Below, in pieces: positions 9,469 through 19,787 of a stretch of DNA of 64,000 nucleotides. Source of the DNA: Lachnospiraceae bacterium UBA3820. GTDB taxonomy: Bacteria; Bacillota; Clostridia; Lachnospirales; Lachnospiraceae. The DNA lies in NCBI GenBank assembly GCA_002369325.1, contig DFDU01000046.1:101-64100 (forward strand), written 5' to 3'. The first letter of the stretch is position 1. Each line of letters begins with the position of its first letter. The translations under genes were made by a program, and so were the position numbers. The notes beneath the pieces are model-generated. The model worked only from the letters and a program-made list of their open reading frames with translations. It did no database searches and had not been told where the DNA came from.

Positions 9469-10530
9469 TTAATTATAAAAATAATCTAATCCATCCGCAA
9501 TACCTTTCACTATGTCATTGCGGTAATTCTCATCCATAAGATTTTGCTCATCCTGAGCATTGCTAAGATAGCCGAGATTTATTACTGCTACCGGTAACTG
9601 ACTCCAATTTATGGTTGTATATTGATCAGTTTCATATATTCCATGATTAACAGCTCCCGTTTTTTCAGTCATTCCCTGCAGTATCCTTGTCGCAAGTTCC
9701 TTACTGTCTTCGTAAAGAGATGCATTATACGGACTGTCACTCGGCATAATTATCGCCATAACTCCTGTCAATTCCGTATTTGAGCTGTAACTCATTTGAA
9801 TTCTTATAAATGCAGTTGCACCGGAACTGTTTGCCATATCAGCTCTGGCTTTATTTGTAAGATCCACTTCATTTTCGGTTCTTGTTAACGAAACCGTATA
9901 TCCTCTGCTCTCCAATTCCGTCTTTAGTGCTTCGGCATAAATTAGATTAAGTTCATATTCCTTTGAATCAAATGTTGCCCCGGTATATCCCGAAGTCGCA
10001 CCCTGTTTTGTTTCCTCGCTTCCCGGTCCAATCGGATCCTGAGAAACATTCGGATTTGTCTGATTTGCCGGATCAATAATAACTATCTTTTCAAGCTTAG
10101 GCTCTTCTTCAGAAGTTTCTTCAGAAGTTTCAGGTTCATTTTCAGGTCTTTGGTCAGTTACTTCAACAAGGTCGGAATGAATATAAAAGCTTGTATTATC
10201 TATAAAAACTCTTGTCCATTCCTCATTATATCCGGTTCTCTTTAATAATTCTCCTCCTGCAAGAAGCGAATAAATATTTGCATCCTTCGAAGGTGATACT
10301 CTGACATTAATCGTATCTCCTACAGTAATAACATAATCGTCAGCAGGATAAAAACCTTCCTCATCCTTTGGTATCTCGGAAGTCGCAGCGGCATCAGTGC
10401 CTGTAGCCGGTTGATACTGTACAGTTTCTACAGTTGTTTGTTCAGTTGTATTTTTGTTATCATTTTTACCGCATGCAGTGAAAAGAATCATACTTATTGT
10501 CATAAGACAATATACAATCTTTCTTTTCAT
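9469..10530 (-). CDS. Lipoprotein with SH3b and Amidase_3-fold domain (probably catalytically inactive)
   Basis: Lipobox FTAC; INVRVSP SH3; IVIIDP...LTR...RADMAN...LGYLSN amidase scaffold. Confidence 0.85.
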   Translation of the reverse strand: MKRKIVYCLMTISMILFTACGKNDNKNTTEQTTVETVQYQPATGTDAAATSEIPKDEEGFYPADDYVITVGDTINVRVSPSKDANIYSLLAGGELLKRTGYNEEWTRVFIDNTSFYIHSDLVEVTDQRPENEPETSEETSEEEPKLEKIVIIDPANQTNPNVSQDPIGPGSEETKQGATSGYTGATFDSKEYELNLIYAEALKTELESRGYTVSLTRTENEVDLTNKARADMANSSGATAFIRIQMSYSSNTELTGVMAIIMPSDSPYNASLYEDSKELATRILQGMTEKTGAVNHGIYETDQYTTINWSQLPVAVINLGYLSNAQDEQNLMDENYRNDIVKGIADGLDYFYN

Positions 10531-10596
10531 TTACGCTCCTCCTTCTGTCACTCCAAACAAGCAATCGTTTATTTTCAAAAAACTTAATTTATTTTA

Positions 10597-12138
10597 TCAC
10601 AAGGTCGAATCAAAAACAACATTTTCAATTTCTTTATCAATTACCGACTGCCTTTCAGAAAGCATCAGCTTTGAATAATATTTATTATAGTCTTCGCTTC
10701 CAAACATGCTTATATATCTTGAGCTGTATCTTCCCGCAGTAAGCTCTGTTACAAGTATAAGCATTTCATTGTCCCTCGAAAAAGCCTTATCAGTAAAATC
10801 AAACAAATTGTGCAAACGAAGGGATGTTTTACTTGCCAAGTTTTTCATGTTTAAAACCTCTTTTTCGTATTTTTCCTTTAAAGCATTAAAGATTTCTCCA
10901 TTATCAAATGAAGAACCATTTTTATTTGAATTGACAGACGAAGTACATTTGGATGAAAGCGTCTCGCATGATTTTTTCAAAAATTCTATCATGCGTCTTT
11001 CTTTTATTTTTGTATCATCATCCAACGAATTCGCCTTAAGTCTTTTTTTGTATGCATCAATTCTTTTATTCTTTATTTCAGTTACATAATCCAAACCACT
11101 ATCCGAATTTCTAATTGTCTTCAAAACCGGCATAAGTTCCGAAAGAAAATCCGAATAATCAATTACTGCTTTTATATCACTTAAGACGGTTTCCAAAAGC
11201 ATTCCCATCAGCGAAATCTTTTCGTCAACAGGTGCCTCTTTTGCTTTGGCAACAAGCTCTTCAGATACACTTCCGTCAAGCAGTTCATTTATCATATAAT
11301 CCTTTTTATATTTGTTATACAAATCATAAAATGCCGCAAATTCCTTTACAACGGTGTCATTTCGAATATATTGTTCCACCAGTTCTTCGCCGATTTTTAT
11401 GTTATCCTCTTCATATAAATAAATAATTTCCGATAAATCCTCCCAGCCTCTTGCAGTAATATACATGCGACCTTTTGCAGTTGTTTCCATATAGTAAAAA
11501 TAATCCCTATTTATATCAAGAAAGCTTAGAATTGCGCCATGAATTCTTTTTTCAAGCGCATATTTCTTCCATGTAGAATAATCAGCCTCAACATTTATAA
11601 CCTTTAGTCTGTCAAGAGTTACCACATCAAACTCCCTTACGGACCTGTTATACTCAGGCGGATTTCCGGCTGTTACTATTACCCAGCCCTCGGGAATCTT
11701 ATGTCCTCCAAAAGTTTTATATTGCAGAAACTGAAGCATGGAAGGTGCCAGAGTTTCCGAAACGCAATTAATCTCATCAAGAAAAAGAATTCCCTCTTTT
11801 ATATCACTTTCGTCCATTATCTCATAAATCGAAGCAATTATTTCGCTCATCGTATATTCGGAAACATCATATTCCATGCCTTCATAATTCTTATGTTTTA
11901 TGAAAGGCAAACCAAGAGCGGACTGTCTTGTATGATGAGACATAGAATATGAAACAAGTGCAATCCCAAGTTCACTTGCAATCTGTTCCATAATTGCGGT
12001 CTTTCCTATACCCGGTGCACCCAGCAAAAAAATCGGTCTCTGTCTTATAACAGGTATTCTGTAATCTCCGAATTCATCCTTCTTAAGGTACATCTTAACG
12101 GAATCCTTTATATAGTCTTTTGCCTGTTCAATATTCAT
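10597..12138 (-). CDS. AAA+ ATPase (MoxR-like/AAA_5)
   Basis: GAPGIGKT, LFLDEIN, TAGNP and LDR motifs; start placed at MNIEQA. Confidence 0.9.
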   Translation of the reverse strand: MNIEQAKDYIKDSVKMYLKKDEFGDYRIPVIRQRPIFLLGAPGIGKTAIMEQIASELGIALVSYSMSHHTRQSALGLPFIKHKNYEGMEYDVSEYTMSEIIASIYEIMDESDIKEGILFLDEINCVSETLAPSMLQFLQYKTFGGHKIPEGWVIVTAGNPPEYNRSVREFDVVTLDRLKVINVEADYSTWKKYALEKRIHGAILSFLDINRDYFYYMETTAKGRMYITARGWEDLSEIIYLYEEDNIKIGEELVEQYIRNDTVVKEFAAFYDLYNKYKKDYMINELLDGSVSEELVAKAKEAPVDEKISLMGMLLETVLSDIKAVIDYSDFLSELMPVLKTIRNSDSGLDYVTEIKNKRIDAYKKRLKANSLDDDTKIKERRMIEFLKKSCETLSSKCTSSVNSNKNGSSFDNGEIFNALKEKYEKEVLNMKNLASKTSLRLHNLFDFTDKAFSRDNEMLILVTELTAGRYSSRYISMFGSEDYNKYYSKLMLSERQSVIDKEIENVVFDSTL

Positions 12139-13420
12139 AAAGCTCATCCTCCATAACTATCTGCATTGCCCAGCCCGGAACCTTCGGTCTTGACATATCT
12201 TCATAAAGAAATGCAAACAACACTTCATAATCCGGTACCCTTTCGGGAAATATCCCAAATCCGTCCGTAAAATAAATCAGCCCTTTAAGATTTGTAAACT
12301 CATTTTCGGATTTCAGTTTTTCCACATATTCAAAAACAGGTGTAAAATCCGTAGCTCCGCTCCCCTTAAGCTTTAATTTTTTCATAAATGAATCAAAATC
12401 TTCTGTTGTCTCTATCTTTTCGTCCGATTGAATCCTGTCATCACATTGAACTATATGAATGTTGACCTTATTAAAAAAGCTTTCTTTATTTCTGATAATA
12501 TCATATGTCTTAACAAGAAACTTTTCTATGATATCCTTATCACAGGAAGCCGAAGTATCAATTGCGATAACAAATTCCTTTACCTTCTTATCCTCTTTAT
12601 ACTCTAGGGGTTCAATAAGCGGCATATTGCCGTATGTTTCAAGTCCGTAAGTATAATATATATAATCAAATTCGTCATTATTTACGGTTATTTCCTCATT
12701 CATAACCATAAAATGTTCAAGCATATCAGCATAATTATATCTTTTTCTTACAGCGTAGTCTATATTTTCGGTTATATCATCAAGAAGATTTTTATTTTTT
12801 GAAAAATGCGAAATCTCAGTTCTGATTCTTCTTGATATTTTTTCCCAATCCTCTTTTGTAACAATTATTTCTTCTTTATCATCTTCCTTGACCGTATTAT
12901 TATCAAACCAATGAAGATGTTTATCGATCATGAAAAGAGCTTTGTATTTTTCCTCCGCTTCCTCTGTTATACCTATAGTTTTAAAAAATCTGTAAATTCT
13001 GTCAGCCGTAAAAACCGGAATATTTTGCTTAAGTGTTTCTATTACCTTTCTCCTTTCTTCGTCATCGGATAAGGCTGCTGCGCCAAAATCCATATCAAGA
13101 ATGATATTTTCCACAGCAATATCGGCAGCCAGATTCCAGCTTTCTTTATCCAGTTTATTTATATTAAATCCATGTAAAAAAACATTATGCAAAAGAATAT
13201 GCATATAAGCCCTGACTGCGATGTTTTTCTCATCTTTATACCTTATCAAAAGATATACAGGATCAAACACAAGCATATTATCTTCATAAAAAAAGCAGCC
13301 CGTGCCCGGTTTTGACATCGATTTCATGCCTGCAAGAGCAATATCAAAAAATCTGTATCTGATTAAAATATTATCTCTTGCAAGCTCCATCAGCTTATAT
13401 GCATATTCTTCGAATTCCAT
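12128..13420 (-). CDS. VWA-like domain protein (DUF2201 type) with N-terminal metallopeptidase-like region
   Basis: IDTSAS MIDAS, GSGATDF, YFTDG; N-terminal HILLHNVFLH and WNLAADIAVE. Confidence 0.85.
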   Translation of the reverse strand: MEFEEYAYKLMELARDNILIRYRFFDIALAGMKSMSKPGTGCFFYEDNMLVFDPVYLLIRYKDEKNIAVRAYMHILLHNVFLHGFNINKLDKESWNLAADIAVENIILDMDFGAAALSDDEERRKVIETLKQNIPVFTADRIYRFFKTIGITEEAEEKYKALFMIDKHLHWFDNNTVKEDDKEEIIVTKEDWEKISRRIRTEISHFSKNKNLLDDITENIDYAVRKRYNYADMLEHFMVMNEEITVNNDEFDYIYYTYGLETYGNMPLIEPLEYKEDKKVKEFVIAIDTSASCDKDIIEKFLVKTYDIIRNKESFFNKVNIHIVQCDDRIQSDEKIETTEDFDSFMKKLKLKGSGATDFTPVFEYVEKLKSENEFTNLKGLIYFTDGFGIFPERVPDYEVLFAFLYEDMSRPKVPGWAMQIVMEDELYEY

Positions 13421-13521
13421 ATTTATCTTCCTTTTCTTCCATCATATTCAAACAGGCTGTTTGAAACCACATCACTGCAAGTATTATACTTTATTTCGAA
13501 AGATAAATAAATGTTTTTATA

Positions 13522-16113
13522 TTATTGTACTCTTGAATTTTTTATATACAATTCTTCACCGGAATAATCAAGAGTTATTATATCACCCTGGTGAAGCGCA
13601 TTACTTAGTATTGCTCGTGCTACTAAGGTTTCGACATTTTTTTGTAAATATCTCTTAAGGGGCCTTGCACCGTATATAGGATCATAACCTGATTCGATAA
13701 TGAAATCTTTTGCCGCATCGGTTACCTCGAGATGCAATTCCTTATCGGCAATTCTCTTATTAAGGTCAGCCACCAAAAGATTTACTATGCCTCCTATAGA
13801 TGCTTTATCAAGCGGCTTAAACATAATTATTTCATCAAGTCTGTTTAAAAACTCAGGTCTGAAATGTGATTTCAACATATTCATAACCTTCTCATTACAA
13901 TCAGGCTTTATCTCGCCGCGTCCATCAATTCCTTCAAGCAAGAATTCCGAACCGATATTTGACGTCATTATAAGTATGGTATTTTTAAAGTCAACCGTTT
14001 TACCCTTTGAATCTGTTATACGACCATCATCAAGCACCTGAAGAAGAACATTGAATACATCCGGATGTGCCTTTTCAACCTCATCAAATAATACAACCGA
14101 ATAAGGTTTTCTTCTTACTGCCTCGGTAAGCTGACCGCCCTCATCATAACCAACATATCCCGGAGGAGCTCCTATAAGCCTTGCCACACTGTGCTTTTCC
14201 ATATACTCACTCATATCAATTCGAACCATATTATTTTCATTATCAAAGAGTGCCTCAGCAAGCGTTTTAGCGAGTTCGGTCTTACCTACACCGGTAGGAC
14301 CGAGGAAAAGGAATGAACCGATAGGTTTTGTCGGATCCTTTATACCTGCTTTTGATCTGATAATAGAATCACTTACAAGCGATACCGCCGTATCCTGTCC
14401 GACAACTCTCTTATGAAGCTCTTTAGCAAGATTTAGAGTTTTATTTCTTTCACTTTCAGTCAGCTTTGATACAGGTATCCCTGTCCACTTAGAGATGATT
14501 TTTGCTATCTCCTCATCGGTAACACATTCATGAACAAGTCTGTTTTCCTTTTCGCTTACATTTGCTTCAAGCTCTTCTATTTCCTTCTTAAGCTGCGGAA
14601 GCCTTCCGTATTGGAGTTCGGCCGCCCTCTCTAGATTATAATTTCTTTGTGCTATCTCTATTTCATTATTGATATTTTCAAGTTCCTCTCGAAGACTTCT
14701 GATATGTTCAACTCCGGACTTTTCATTTTCCCATACAGCTTTCATCTGTTTGGATTGTTCACGCAATTCTTCAAGTTCTTCCTTTAAGGATTTTAGTCTT
14801 TCCCGACTCAGGTTATCCTCTTCGTTCTTAAGTGCCGCTTCTTCTATCTCAAGCTGCATGATTCTTCTGTATATTTCATCAAGCTCTGTCGGAAGAGAAT
14901 CAAGCTCGGTCTTTATCATGGCACATGCTTCATCAATAAGATCTATAGCCTTATCAGGAAGAAATCTATCGGTAATATATCTGTCCGAAAGCGTAGCTGC
15001 GCTTACTATTGCACTGTCATTTATCTTAACACCATGGAAGACTTCATATCTGTTTTTTATACCACGCAGAATCGAAATCGTATCCTCAACCGTAGGTTCA
15101 TTTACCATAACAGGCTGGAATCGTCTTTCAAGGGCAGGATCTTTTTCTATATATTTTCTATACTCATCAAGAGTCGTTGCACCTATACAATGCAGTTCCC
15201 CTCTTGCAAGCATAGGCTTAAGCATATTGCCTGCATCCATCGCTCCTTCGGTTTTTCCCGCTCCGACTATAGTATGAAGCTCATCGATAAAAAGAATTAT
15301 CTGTCCGTCGGAATCCTTAACTTCATCAAGCACGGCCTTAAGTCTTTCCTCAAACTCACCCCTGTATTTTGCTCCGGCCAAAAGGGCTCCCATATCAAGT
15401 GCAAATATATCCTTATCTTTAAGTGAATCAGGAACGTCACCTCTTACAATACGCTGTGCCAGACCTTCTATCGCTGCAGTTTTACCGACACCCGGTTCTC
15501 CTATAAGTACAGGATTATTTTTCGTTTTTCTTGAAAGAATCCTTATTATATTTCTGATTTCGGCATCTCTGCCTATAACCGGATCAAGCTTTTGTTCTCT
15601 TGCCCTTTCCACAAGATTATATCCGTATTTATTAAGCGTATCATAAGTCGCCTCCGGATTATCGCTTTCTACCTTCTTATTTCCTCTTATTCCGGCAAGT
15701 GCCTCAAGAAATTTATTTCTCGTAATGTTGTATCCCAATATAAGACCTTTAACCGCCTTATTCATTTTCTCAAGTATACCGAGAAAAATATGCTCTACAG
15801 ATACATATTCATCCCCCATCTGTTTAGCTTCCTTTTCGGCTTGAATAAGTGCCTTTGAAAAATCAGGACTTGTAAAAAGCTTTCCACCCGAAACCTTCGG
15901 ACGATAGGCAACCAATTTCTCGGCCTCCTTTGAAAAGCTCTCGACATTTACTCCCATATTTGCAAGGAGCTTGGCTATAAGGCTGTCGTCAACCGTCAGC
16001 AAACTATACAAAAGATGCTCCTGGTCTATCTCCTGATTGTTATATTCATACGCAAGCTTCTCACAGTTTTCTACAACTTCCAACGATTTTCTTGTGAACT
16101 TTTCTGCATCCAT
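13522..16113 (-). CDS. clpB: ATP-dependent chaperone ClpB
   Basis: Two AAA modules ([16 protein letters not shown]), long middle coiled coil, GARPLKR. Confidence 0.97.
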   Translation of the reverse strand: MDAEKFTRKSLEVVENCEKLAYEYNNQEIDQEHLLYSLLTVDDSLIAKLLANMGVNVESFSKEAEKLVAYRPKVSGGKLFTSPDFSKALIQAEKEAKQMGDEYVSVEHIFLGILEKMNKAVKGLILGYNITRNKFLEALAGIRGNKKVESDNPEATYDTLNKYGYNLVERAREQKLDPVIGRDAEIRNIIRILSRKTKNNPVLIGEPGVGKTAAIEGLAQRIVRGDVPDSLKDKDIFALDMGALLAGAKYRGEFEERLKAVLDEVKDSDGQIILFIDELHTIVGAGKTEGAMDAGNMLKPMLARGELHCIGATTLDEYRKYIEKDPALERRFQPVMVNEPTVEDTISILRGIKNRYEVFHGVKINDSAIVSAATLSDRYITDRFLPDKAIDLIDEACAMIKTELDSLPTELDEIYRRIMQLEIEEAALKNEEDNLSRERLKSLKEELEELREQSKQMKAVWENEKSGVEHIRSLREELENINNEIEIAQRNYNLERAAELQYGRLPQLKKEIEELEANVSEKENRLVHECVTDEEIAKIISKWTGIPVSKLTESERNKTLNLAKELHKRVVGQDTAVSLVSDSIIRSKAGIKDPTKPIGSFLFLGPTGVGKTELAKTLAEALFDNENNMVRIDMSEYMEKHSVARLIGAPPGYVGYDEGGQLTEAVRRKPYSVVLFDEVEKAHPDVFNVLLQVLDDGRITDSKGKTVDFKNTILIMTSNIGSEFLLEGIDGRGEIKPDCNEKVMNMLKSHFRPEFLNRLDEIIMFKPLDKASIGGIVNLLVADLNKRIADKELHLEVTDAAKDFIIESGYDPIYGARPLKRYLQKNVETLVARAILSNALHQGDIITLDYSGEELYIKNSRVQ

Positions 16114-16232
16114 ACCAATCCCTCACTTTCTATTAGCAATAATACCACAGTTATAATATTATTGCACAAATTTATAAATTATATCTGTTCTACTACAACT
16201 ATAACACAATATTATTAAATGTCAAGAAAAAA

Positions 16233-16257
16233 CAGAGATTAAATAAATAATCTCTGT
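16233..16257 (-). terminator. Hairpin downstream of the rpn gene
   Basis: ACAGAGATTA/TAATCTCTGT stem with a T-tract on the minus strand. Confidence 0.6.
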
Positions 16258-16274
16258 AAATAATCTGTATTCTT

Positions 16275-16508
16275 TTAAATATTCTTTGATGAAAGCTGTT
16301 TTTTCAGCCGTTCAATCTCGGCATCTTTCTGTTTTATCTCCCCATCTTTCTGCTCAATTATAGATCGGCTTTCCTCACGTCCTTGTTGAAGACCTTTCTC
16401 TATTCCTTTCTCTATTCCTTTTTCTATTCCGTTCTTATAGCCATCCTCATATCCCTCTTCACGAATTGATTTTTTATATAATTCTTCATCAAATTCAAAT
16501 ATGCTCAT
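16275..16508 (-). CDS. Putative internally initiated RpnS antitoxin (77 aa, in frame with rpn)
   Basis: GAGGTG Shine-Dalgarno 6 nt before the in-frame ATG (MSIFEFDEE...). Confidence 0.55.
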   Translation of the reverse strand: MSIFEFDEELYKKSIREEGYEDGYKNGIEKGIEKGIEKGLQQGREESRSIIEQKDGEIKQKDAEIERLKKQLSSKNI

Positions 16509-17180
16509 AGATACCACCTCAGCCTTGTTTGCCAATAAGAAGTCCTTCAATATATCATGTGTTATACAATAGTCCACCGCGAGTGGAACTGCATCCTCAA
16601 GAGAATAATCCTTTAAATTATCTCTTACCAGATTCACATATTGCATATATTGAAATAATGTCGGACATTTTCTTTTTACCTCTTCATTATAGCCTGAGTT
16701 AATATTTAATTGCAACACTTTTAACTCAAGGTTTATCTCGTCGGTTTTGTGCTTATAGGATGACGAAAGGCATAATTCATCCACCTCCGGCTGCTCATCC
16801 TTTCCGTTATAAAAAACAAAAAATCTAGGATTCGGAAGCTCGATAAGTTTGCTGCCATAAAGATTCTTTTTGACAACCAGCTTTTCAAGCTGTCTGGTTA
16901 TATACATAAGAAAACGAAGCGGCATATTGGGATTAATGCTTGCCTGCTGTTCGAACAATTGAATATTCATATCAAGCAGACACGATACATCATTTTTAAA
17001 TGTCATATAAACCGCATTTTCAAGTGTTACAATCTCAAGTTCATCTTCATTTGTATACTCGGTATCATTTAAAGCATTATAAAGAGTAAGCAGTTCCTTC
17101 TTTGAATTAAACAACATACGAAACACAGTATCCTTATATTTTCTTACAACTCTTTGTGCATTAACAATTTCTTCTTTCAT
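16275..17180 (-). CDS. Rpn-family (PD-(D/E)XK) recombination-promoting nuclease/putative transposase
   Basis: YKDTVFRMLF, NDVS...LFEQQAS, NPNMPLRFLMY, FYNG; C-terminal GIEK repeats; GGAGG RBS before ATG 17180. Confidence 0.85.
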   Translation of the reverse strand: MKEEIVNAQRVVRKYKDTVFRMLFNSKKELLTLYNALNDTEYTNEDELEIVTLENAVYMTFKNDVSCLLDMNIQLFEQQASINPNMPLRFLMYITRQLEKLVVKKNLYGSKLIELPNPRFFVFYNGKDEQPEVDELCLSSSYKHKTDEINLELKVLQLNINSGYNEEVKRKCPTLFQYMQYVNLVRDNLKDYSLEDAVPLAVDYCITHDILKDFLLANKAEVVSMSIFEFDEELYKKSIREEGYEDGYKNGIEKGIEKGIEKGLQQGREESRSIIEQKDGEIKQKDAEIERLKKQLSSKNI

Positions 17181-17582
17181 AAGCAAACCTCCCTAAAAAA
17201 CAGTACAAAAATAACATGTAACCCTTAAATCAAAATCAAATAAGTTACACCGATTTTTATTAAACTAAAGCAGGAAATCTTCATCTGATTGATGACAGAT
17301 GATTCGCGAATCAAAGATCAAAAACTGCTATGCACGAATAATAACACTCTAAAAAAACAAACGCAAGCCTATATTTGGCTACACATGTAACCATATGTAA
17401 ACACATTGTTACACTCCGAGCAACACAATAACATAAAAATGTCATTTACAGTTTCTTAGTTTACATAAATGTGCAACAAATCGTGTCATTAATTGTTTTC
17501 TAATTCAATTATTTACCAATCCGTGGCTCTTTATTTACACCCTCAATATTTAACCACGCTGCAGCGTGTCGGCTGAATATGC

Positions 17583-17613
17583 AAAAAAAGGAGCCAAAGC
17601 GCGTGACTCCTTT
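17583..17613 (-). terminator. Terminator after the YD-repeat gene
   Basis: AAAAGGAG/CTCCTTTT stem with a T-tract on the minus strand. Confidence 0.6.
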
Positions 17614-17625
17614 TCATATTACAAA

Positions 17626-19275
17626 TTAATTTACATTTTCAAATCCGTAGCAGGCCTCATCAACAAGCTCGCCTGTGGAAGAATCATATATTCTGAACAA
17701 TGTCCAATAGTAACCATATACAGGTTGCCATACAGTCCAGAGGCAGTTACCATCTGCTCCGCATCTTCCTGTAGTATATACCCAAGCATCCTTACCCTGC
17801 ATATAAAGGTTACAGTCAAGTATAAGCATCTCGTATTGGTACTTATGATTTGGATTATCATAGCTTTCTATGCCTATAAGATATCCTCCGCCCTCACCGG
17901 TGTAAGGCATCTGGCAGATACCCTTGATTTGCTTATGATATTCCGTACCGAAAGCGTATTGTATCTCTGTCTCAGGTTGTCCGACTATTCTAGCATAACA
18001 AACAAATACATATCCGCCGGATTCTTTAGGAGTCCAATTCATCCAGTTATTATTTTTTGTCCATGGACTTACTTCAAACCAATGTTCAGGATCGTTGTTA
18101 TTACATCCAACCCATTTGTACTCCACTACATCTGACGGATTACTCTTTTGAATATTTATACCTGCCTGAATTGACGGATAATTACTTGCGCAGTAGATAC
18201 CGGTTGGTGAGAGTGTTCCAGTGGATGGATTGTCATAATATTCGTATGTACATGTATGCTCATCACTATATCCGGTAACAACTCCATCTTTGATAGTCCG
18301 GCTTATCCAGTTAGCTTCAATAATATCTCCATCCGAATCATATTTATTAGTATAAATATATTCTGTTGTACTTGTTGAATTAGTTGATTTTTCTGTTCTC
18401 TTTGTCAGATTTCCCCTTATATCATATTCATATGTTTGAGTTAAACCATCAGTTGTTAATTTTACTAATTTTCCGTTACTGTATTCACATTCAAAAGAAC
18501 TACCTTCTTCCGAACCGGATATAATGTTTCCGTCTTTATCAAATTTATATTTATATTCTCTATCAAAAAGCGTTCCATCTATATCTATTTCAATTACATT
18601 ACCTTTCGCATCGTATGTATATATATGCGTATATGTATCTAAACTGTCCTTTTGAATAATTTTAGTCTTTTTGTTTTTATTATCATATTCATATTCAAAT
18701 TTTGAAGTATCCGTATCAGTTAATACACCTGAATCATATTTTTCTGATACTATGCTCGTAATATCTCCGTTATCATTATATTGGTATTTTTTTAAATAAC
18801 TAGTCGAATTATAATAATAACTTGTTTCCGTCTCAAAAATATTTCCTTTATTATCATACTTAAATACTATTTTATAAATTCCATCATTATCTTTATAAAT
18901 TCTATTTCCTCTGTTATCATAACCGACTTCAATCTTACTATAATCATTCTTCACTGTTTTTATTTTTTTTACAGTATTCACAAGACAATTTTCAGTTACA
19001 ACATACCCCGAATCATAGCCATAATGCGGATTTCTCGGATCATAAGAACTATATTCAAATTTAGGATAAAACCTTATATAATCATCCAGAAGATAATCAT
19101 TTTCCTCGAACTCATCATTAATATCCGAAGGCTCATCGGTTTCCGCCTTATCTGAAAATGTCGCATCACTATCTGTCGCACTTTCCTCTGCACGTACAGT
19201 ATTACAATTCAAACCGCTTCCCGACATAAGAACAGCCCCGCAGATTGCCAAAGCTACAAATTTCTTTAATCTCAT
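17626..19275 (-). CDS. Secreted YD/RHS-like repeat protein with aromatic-rich C-terminal domain
   Basis: Signal peptide; repeated YxYDxxGN motifs; AGGAGG RBS 9 nt before ATG 19275. Confidence 0.8.
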   Translation of the reverse strand: MRLKKFVALAICGAVLMSGSGLNCNTVRAEESATDSDATFSDKAETDEPSDINDEFEENDYLLDDYIRFYPKFEYSSYDPRNPHYGYDSGYVVTENCLVNTVKKIKTVKNDYSKIEVGYDNRGNRIYKDNDGIYKIVFKYDNKGNIFETETSYYYNSTSYLKKYQYNDNGDITSIVSEKYDSGVLTDTDTSKFEYEYDNKNKKTKIIQKDSLDTYTHIYTYDAKGNVIEIDIDGTLFDREYKYKFDKDGNIISGSEEGSSFECEYSNGKLVKLTTDGLTQTYEYDIRGNLTKRTEKSTNSTSTTEYIYTNKYDSDGDIIEANWISRTIKDGVVTGYSDEHTCTYEYYDNPSTGTLSPTGIYCASNYPSIQAGINIQKSNPSDVVEYKWVGCNNNDPEHWFEVSPWTKNNNWMNWTPKESGGYVFVCYARIVGQPETEIQYAFGTEYHKQIKGICQMPYTGEGGGYLIGIESYDNPNHKYQYEMLILDCNLYMQGKDAWVYTTGRCGADGNCLWTVWQPVYGYYWTLFRIYDSSTGELVDEACYGFENVN

Positions 19276-19475
19276 TAACATTTTCCTCCTATTAACCTCA
19301 TCACATTAAAATATAAAACAGTATATTTAATACATTGTTCATTGTACCCCCCCCCGATAGAATTTTGTCAATATAGAATTCATTGAGGCTTACATAGTCC
19401 CTATAGATTGCAAACGCATAATCACTCCAAAAGCAATCCGGCTCAAGGCAGCACTGCAAGTGCTGTTTTTGAGCC

Positions 19476-19761
19476 ACAGGTACAGAGGTTCCTTCTGATA
19501 AGCAAAAGTAAATCTGACATAAAATATAAATAGAGGGTAATTTACAACATTTGCCCAATTTGCTTCAAATCAGAAATGAAGATTCGCAGTTCTTTACTCA
19601 GAAACCGAATTGTCTGAGCGTAGCGAGTTTTCGGTTTCGTGTAAAAGAACAAGAATATGAATGTTCTGATTTAGCAAATTGATGGCACGTTGTAAATACC
19701 CTCTATTTATATATTTTATGTCTTATGAAACCCTCATATCAGAAGGAACCTTTGTACCTGT
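19476..19761. repeat. About 286-bp imperfect palindrome (REPIN/MITE-like; element B)
   Basis: Nested arms: ACAGGTACAGAGGTTCCTTCTGATA/TATCAGAAGGAACCTTTGTACCTGT, GACATAAAATAT...TTTACAAC/GTTGTAAA...TTTTATGTC, GAAACCGAA/TTCGGTTTC; apex TGTCTGAGCGTAGCGAGTT. Confidence 0.85.
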
Positions 19762-19787
19762 CCCCCCACGAGGAACGCCAAAAACTT

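Noticed and set aside
16114-16230. CIRCE or CtsR operator upstream of clpB
   Set aside because: Only a partial TTAGCA is present, with no matching inverted half or heptad repeats.
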